Positions 57,999 to 64,000 of a stretch of 64,000 nucleotides of DNA are shown here, in pieces (positions within the stretch are counted from its first letter, which is position 1; the number at the start of each line of letters is the position of its first letter). The translations under genes were made by a program, and so were the position numbers. Under the pieces are notes generated by a model. The model searched no databases. It saw only the letters and a program-made list of their open reading frames with translations, and was not told the origin of the DNA. The DNA is from Cercozoa sp. M6MM (lineage: Eukaryota; Protista; Endomyxa: Ascetosporea): assembly GCA_040357565.1 (NCBI GenBank), contig JBDODJ010000004.1. One strand, written 5' to 3'.

Positions 57999-58507
57999 TT
58001 GTCGCGCTTCTAACCGGCGCACAAAAATCACATCTTTGTTCAAACAACGAATATCACAACATCGTAAATGATGCATAAATGGGCTCACGTGGAGCAAGCA
58101 ACGGGACAACAAAAATTACCTAAAGCCGTTACAAAAGGTTCCACGCGACTTGGCACCGTACTAAATGGCAGTTGGGGCGTGCGGCGAGCTTCAAATTTCT
58201 TTTATTTTGTCGTCATAAACAAATACTATCTAGTGGCTAATCTTGCACTTTACTGGTTTTAGTTTACAGTTTTACGCTCCATCGGCCGTGCTTATCATTA
58301 CACGTGCATCCTGGGCCGGCGACATTATTCTTTTAAAAAAACAAGAACCGCACATGTGGTGTGTTTGCGTGCGGCGAAAGCGAAACTCCGAAGCCGGTTG
58401 CGCAAGAATAAAGGCCGCACGCGAAAGCGGCAAGGCTAAAGTTGTCCCACCAAATCGGAAGGACAAGCTACGCTATTGAGCTGGGCACACAGCGAAACAC
58501 GCCAAAG

Positions 58508-61500
58508 ATGGACGCTGGCGGCGTCGTGGATGTCACAGTGCCCGAAGTCACATCGCAGGTTTCCCGTTCCATTATCAGTGTGCACATGCGATGACTTTTG
58601 TCAGTGGCGAACGTGTCGTGTAAAATAGGAAGCGGAGACATTCAATGACTACGAGAATGCCGGATGGTTTAGTCGCGTTTTTATGAGGCATGTGCCGCTG
58701 CTGATTCGACGCGTGCGCACACAGGAGACGATCGATGCCACGTATCCCAAAATAACAGAGCTTTTGCCCTCTTGACTTCTTTGACACAGTCTCTAAATCT
58801 AGTGACCTGGACGTCACTGTCGGCGCTGATAAAGGCGAAAGCGTGGACGAGATTGTGAAAAAACACAAGCCTACCCAAGTAAACTTACCTTTACCCCTTC
58901 ACATAACTTAATTCCTTAGATTTTTCTTTCACTTTCCTGTGAATAGGACGTGGTGACGCCGTTCGCTCGATTCAAGCAGCTGTTTGCCGCTGGTAGGACG
59001 CAGTACATGCGTTCGATCGGCGCTGTCACTGCTGCTTCCGTCGGCCGCGTTGCTCGATGCTAGTACCTTAATATTGTAAAACACCTCTCTCTCTCTCCCA
59101 CAGTATGCGTGTGACATGCGCGCAGCTGCTTGCTGTTCTTTGTGCGTGCTCTCAAGGCGGGTTTCTTTGTTAAAGCCACCTTGTGGTGCGCTGCACTGGT
59201 TGCACTGATGCTTACCGTCATTGTCGTGCATCACCATGCCTACCTGCAGGTACTATCTCTTTGCTGCTACTATTGGAGTTTAGACGTGTTCATCCATGGT
59301 TCCTTCATTTCTCTGATTAGGCCGACTCGTGTGCTGTGCGTGTGCGCAACGCGCTCAATGCCGCTGTGTTTGACAAGTCGCTGCGCTTGCATCTCATTGG
59401 TCTCTCTGAGGTACAGTTATTCTATCAATAGTCACCATACTGGACACAGCTGGTTTTTACTAGATGGCATCCGGCGAGGTACTAGCACTGCTCACCAACG
59501 ACGCTCAGCAGGTGCTTAGTCTTTGATGCTGATGAGCGAGTTGGCTTGTGTGTACCTTGTGTCTACGTGTATCAGGTGATGGAATTGCTGCGCGAACCTG
59601 GCATTTTCGTTGCACCGATCCAACTCGCATTGTGTCTGACCTGCATTTACTTCCACGGCGGTGGTACGACACGTAGTGAATGTTAAGATTACAGCTTGAA
59701 AAGTGGAATGTCTGTGACAGGAACGGTTCCAACTATTGCGATTTTGTGCACCACGTTGGTGTTCGTCGCAGTGCAGGTGCGTGCCCTTCCTGTCCTGACC
59801 TGAGGAAGTTTGTGCTTGAGATGTTTGCATGCACAGGTGTGGCTGGCTCGTGGAACCGGCAGACTGCGCAAACGCAGCGTCAAGTACACTGACGCACGTC
59901 TGCAGTCAATCTCAGAGATCGTGGTTGGCAGCGACGTCGTTAAAATGTACGCTTGGCAGGAGCCTCTCACCGAGCAGGGTACTACATTTTTGACCTGCTT
60001 TGTTGCACCCTGCAGTCTCACTCACACTTTTCGGTAGTGTCAGAGATACGCAAGCATGAGCACCGACTGATTCTTCGCTCCGCACTATTGAAGTTCACGT
60101 TTTACGGTCTGTACATGGGATTCGGCACGCTCATTGCCTTCGTCGGGTATGTTGAGTCTTCTGCTTGGGGAAACATTGCTGTGCAATGGGTGCTCAATGT
60201 TCAGAGCGGCCTCGTTGTTGTGGTACGCGCCAGCGGATTTCTCGTCGAGCGCCGTCGTGTTCCAGTTGTCGCTCATTGGTAGACAACAGATTATTACCGT
60301 TAGATAGACTGGTTTGTGCGTATTTAAAAGTTGAATTGAGCAGCTGTGTTCCTGTGGGACGTCGGAGTTAACGTCGCCTTATGTACGCAGAACTGGTCTG
60401 AATGCAAGGTAGCACCAAATTGTTATTGATTTTTTATTAAAAACGTGACATGTTCTTTGACAGGTTACCTTCCGTCGATTAAACACATTCCTCGATCTGC
60501 CCGAATGTCATGTACTGCAACCAACCGTTTCATATTTTAGCTTTCGTCAAATTCACCACTATGAACACAGGGGGAAGTACAACCCGTGGCACCGACTTCA
60601 CTTGAAATGAGCGCCTTGCCCGACACTGCTAACGTCGAGACGACGGCGATACAGCCTTCAATCAGCAGTGAGGATAATGACGACGGTGTCTTGATATCCT
60701 CTTGCTCTGTTGTCTGTCCACATAATCTCTTGCTGCAGTGGTGCTTTTGAATAATGCGAGCTTCAGCTGGCATGGCATGCATGAGAACGAAGAAAAAGTG
60801 AGTTCTCTTTTGTGTTCACTTGATGACTTTGAACATCCTCACAACAGAAAGCGCACCTGTGCGACCTGAACCTCCGACTGGCCAACGGCAGTGCCACACT
60901 GATCACGGGACCCACGGTACAACAATACTGCCCACTCGTGCAGTCATCCATTCGTCATTGGAGGACATACCTTCCTCTGTCCCTACACAGGGCAGCGGCA
61001 AGTCCTCTCTGCTGCTGGCACTCCTGGGCGAGATGCCATGCGTCGGCGGGTCCTGGCGTTCGCACCCGTCGGTGTCCTACGCATCCCAGATGTACGTTTT
61101 TATGTCTCCCTTGGTCACTTTTAATCTGTGCGTTTCTCCCAATACCCGTATACTGATGTGCTAATATGCAGACCCTGGCTTTTTGCTGGCTCGGTGCTTC
61201 AGAACATTCTGTTCGGTGAACCACTGGATCGCGAGCGACTGGCACAGGTGATCGACGCGTGTGCTCTGCGACATGATCTCACGGTATACCATATACCTTT
61301 ACATCAATAAACTTAGTGTGATGTGTTGCCAACACGGCCTTGCTTAGATGCTGCCCGATGGTATCAATCAGTGGATTGGAGAACGCGGGTACATGAAGCA
61401 GTTTCCCTCTCTTCTGTGCCAACACATATTTGTGTATATGCAGTGCCGGTCTCTCGGGAGGTCAGCGAGCTCGTGTGTCACTGGCGCGCGCCGTCTACCG

Positions 61501-62394
61501 CCGTGCCGAGGTGTTTGCGTACGCACCTTCAATTCTACCAACCCCTGACCTCTTGTGTTTTCGTAGTTGTACCTGTTGGACGCACCATTGGCTGCTGTGG
61601 ACGCCAAGGTGGCACACCAGATCAGTACACGATGCTTCGGGCCCAAGGGTTTGCTCAAGGTACTAGTTTGTGTATATGTTTGGGGACAGCGTGAACTGTT
61701 TTCATGCTGAAGGATGCAACGCGTGTTGTCGTGTCGCATCACTATGGCTACGCGAGCAATTTCGACCATGGTACTTAATGGATTAGAGTTTAAGATCACT
61801 GCATTTGACCTGTCATGTGACCTGTTAGTGGTGGTCATGAACACGGGTCGTATTGAGAAGTGCGCGCCGCCTGTTCGTATCGACTTTGCGCAGTTGGTGT
61901 GTTGAGTGTTAAACAGACACACTGGAGAGGTGCTTGTTTGGACCTTCTGTTTATTTGCAGATTGCGCTGACTCCGACGCTGTCGATGAAGTCTCCTTCTG
62001 TGCTGTATCAAAAAACACCCGGACTATGGTGGAGACGTAATCGTGTATGATATCGATATAAATTATAGATTCTCGCAAGCTTCAGTGAATGGCCCCCCTT
62101 CACTTGCGCTGGATGCACTCGAGTACCTCCAATTTAGCACGTGTCAGTGATTGATTCCTTCTATGTTCACCTGAGCCAATGCAGGGCCATCTCTCTGCAC
62201 TCATCCGCAATGCAAGTGTACTCTTCTGGTCTACCTCAGCAGAAGCATAGCTCTGTTGATGTATTCAGTGTTTACACAGAACGACTCCGCGCGCTTCGCT
62301 GCCACGCCTGCGCAGTGACGTTGCTGGGCTCAGTCTCGTACCATTGCTAAGACTTTTGTCTATTGAAAGCACACACACACACACACACTCACAC

Positions 62395-62430
<36 letters not shown>

Positions 62431-62693
62431 GTATACACACACACGCACACACACACACGCACACATATACAAAGACACACACGCACGCACGCACGCACAG
62501 ACACACACATGTACACACACACATGTATGCATCGTAGGTGAGTCGACGTGACTCGACAGTGTCGTTGCTTGAGGACGCTGCTGACATGTCTGTTGCTGCA
62601 CGTCTCCACGTGGACGAGAGCATGCCGCACGTCATCGTACTACACTTGATGACTTTCGCAGTGGTTTGCTCATACTGGAGCTTGTGTGTGTGC

Positions 62694-62729
<36 letters not shown>

Positions 62730-64000
62730 CTACACACCGAGATGCCAGACGAGGACAGTGAGGTGAGAGTTAAACGTCTCATTTCTGGCCTCTCGAAGAG
62801 TGATCTCGATGCCGAACCAGAGGGTGCAGTGCCATTTACTCTCAATGCGATATGTATGCAGCGGCATGGTGTTGGTGCGAGTTGTAGTCGAAGCGGAGGA
62901 CAGCGGAGTTGGCGGCGTCGGACTGGAATCCGTGGTCGCACTGATCAAATCTGGTACCCTGACATGCAATGCACTCTTTGAATACAAGTGTCTAATCTGC
63001 TGCTGCTCCAGGCGGCGGTTGGACGCTGTTCGGACTGCTGATGCTACTCGTGTGCATCAAGCAGGCAGCCACACTGGCAGCCACGCATCTCTTGTCCCTC
63101 GCTGCCGCCCTTCCGCACACTGTATATCTTTTCTTTTTGAACCGAAGTAGCTGGTCTTTGAACCTGAATGCTTGGTTTATTTCAGGTGGAGACAGCGCAA
63201 TGGACTGCCTTCGTGGTTACTGGAGCTGCTGCTTTCGTGTTGGTACTTGCAAAAAGATAAACCACACCACATTTTGACCATTTCCACTGCTGTATGTGAT
63301 GCACTCAGGGCGTGGTCTGGAACTGGGGCATGTGCTACTTTCTCCTGAGTGCGGCCAATTCGCTCTTCTCGCGGATGCTGCTGGTGCAGCCACCTTTCGC
63401 TTTGTTGAGACGCGTCCCTGTATTAACCTCCACTTAACTGTACTGCTGCAGGGTGTGGTTTCGTCGCCGATGCAGTTCTTCCAGCGCACACCTGCTGGAC
63501 GCATTTTGAGTGAGCACGGTTTCTGCATGCTCGTGTAAGACAGAATTCAAGTATTTTTGACAGACCGATTCGGAACGGACCAGTTCATTGCTGACATTCT
63601 GTTCCCCGTATGCCTTGCCTCTATATCTACCTTGTTCTCCTCGTGTGGATCATACCTAACACAGACGGTGGCAACTGACGCAATGTCGTTGCTGACCTGG
63701 ATGATCTTGCTCTTCCTGTACATGTGCGTGCTCACTAATGTAAACACACCACACATATATACACGTGTATACGTACTCTCTTCAATTTTCTCAACAATCT
63801 GATCTGTGTTGATGTATCATGCAGGGCATCGCCGTAGTTCCGATCGTTCTGGTGCTGATCGGCGTCTACCGAGGTACACTTATGATGTGAGAAGTATAGT
63901 GTTGACTCTGTGTATTGTGCACAGTGCGGAACGACTTCACGATCACATCTACCTCTGGTACAGCTTTCGAAGGCTTTGTCAGACAGGGTATGTGATTGTC
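58508..64000 (+). CDS. ABC transporter subfamily C (MRP-like, no obvious TMD0), runs off window
   Basis: VVKMYAWQE, GPT|GSGKSSLL, PWLFAGSVLQNILFG, IGERG|AGLSGGQRARVSLARAVY, YLLDAPLAAVD, MQFFQRTPAGRIL. Confidence 0.93.

Overview
Gene-dense, very intron-rich eukaryotic (protist-like) nuclear DNA using the standard genetic code. The ORF track is largely misleading because real genes are split by many ~50-100 nt GT-AG introns. Splicing by eye gives about 21 genes: UNC-50, DDAH, APE2-like endonuclease, a C2H2 protein, TFIIE-beta, WDR90/POC16-like, Rpn7, RhlG-like SDR, NAXD, a Tim17/NDUFA11-like protein, ALG8, a zf-4CXXC_R1 protein, TYSND1/DEG15, mitochondrial cyclophilin, DDB1, PCCA, SEC23, an ABCC transporter and three hypotheticals. 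Four N-gaps sit in or beside microsatellites. The best unexplained signal is a diverged dispersed repeat with three copies and an invariant 16-mer core. Each copy lies just past a gene's stop codon in the same relative orientation; read antisense it looks like a decayed ORF end, with a (TCAA)n-like tail in two copies. Other notable features are very degenerate 5' splice sites, strand-polarised intronic (UG)n and TTA(C)n tracts, inverted repeats in divergent promoters and several domain-variant proteins. All identifications come from remembered family motifs, not database searches, and gene ends are approximate where stated. No clear-cut novel system is proven.
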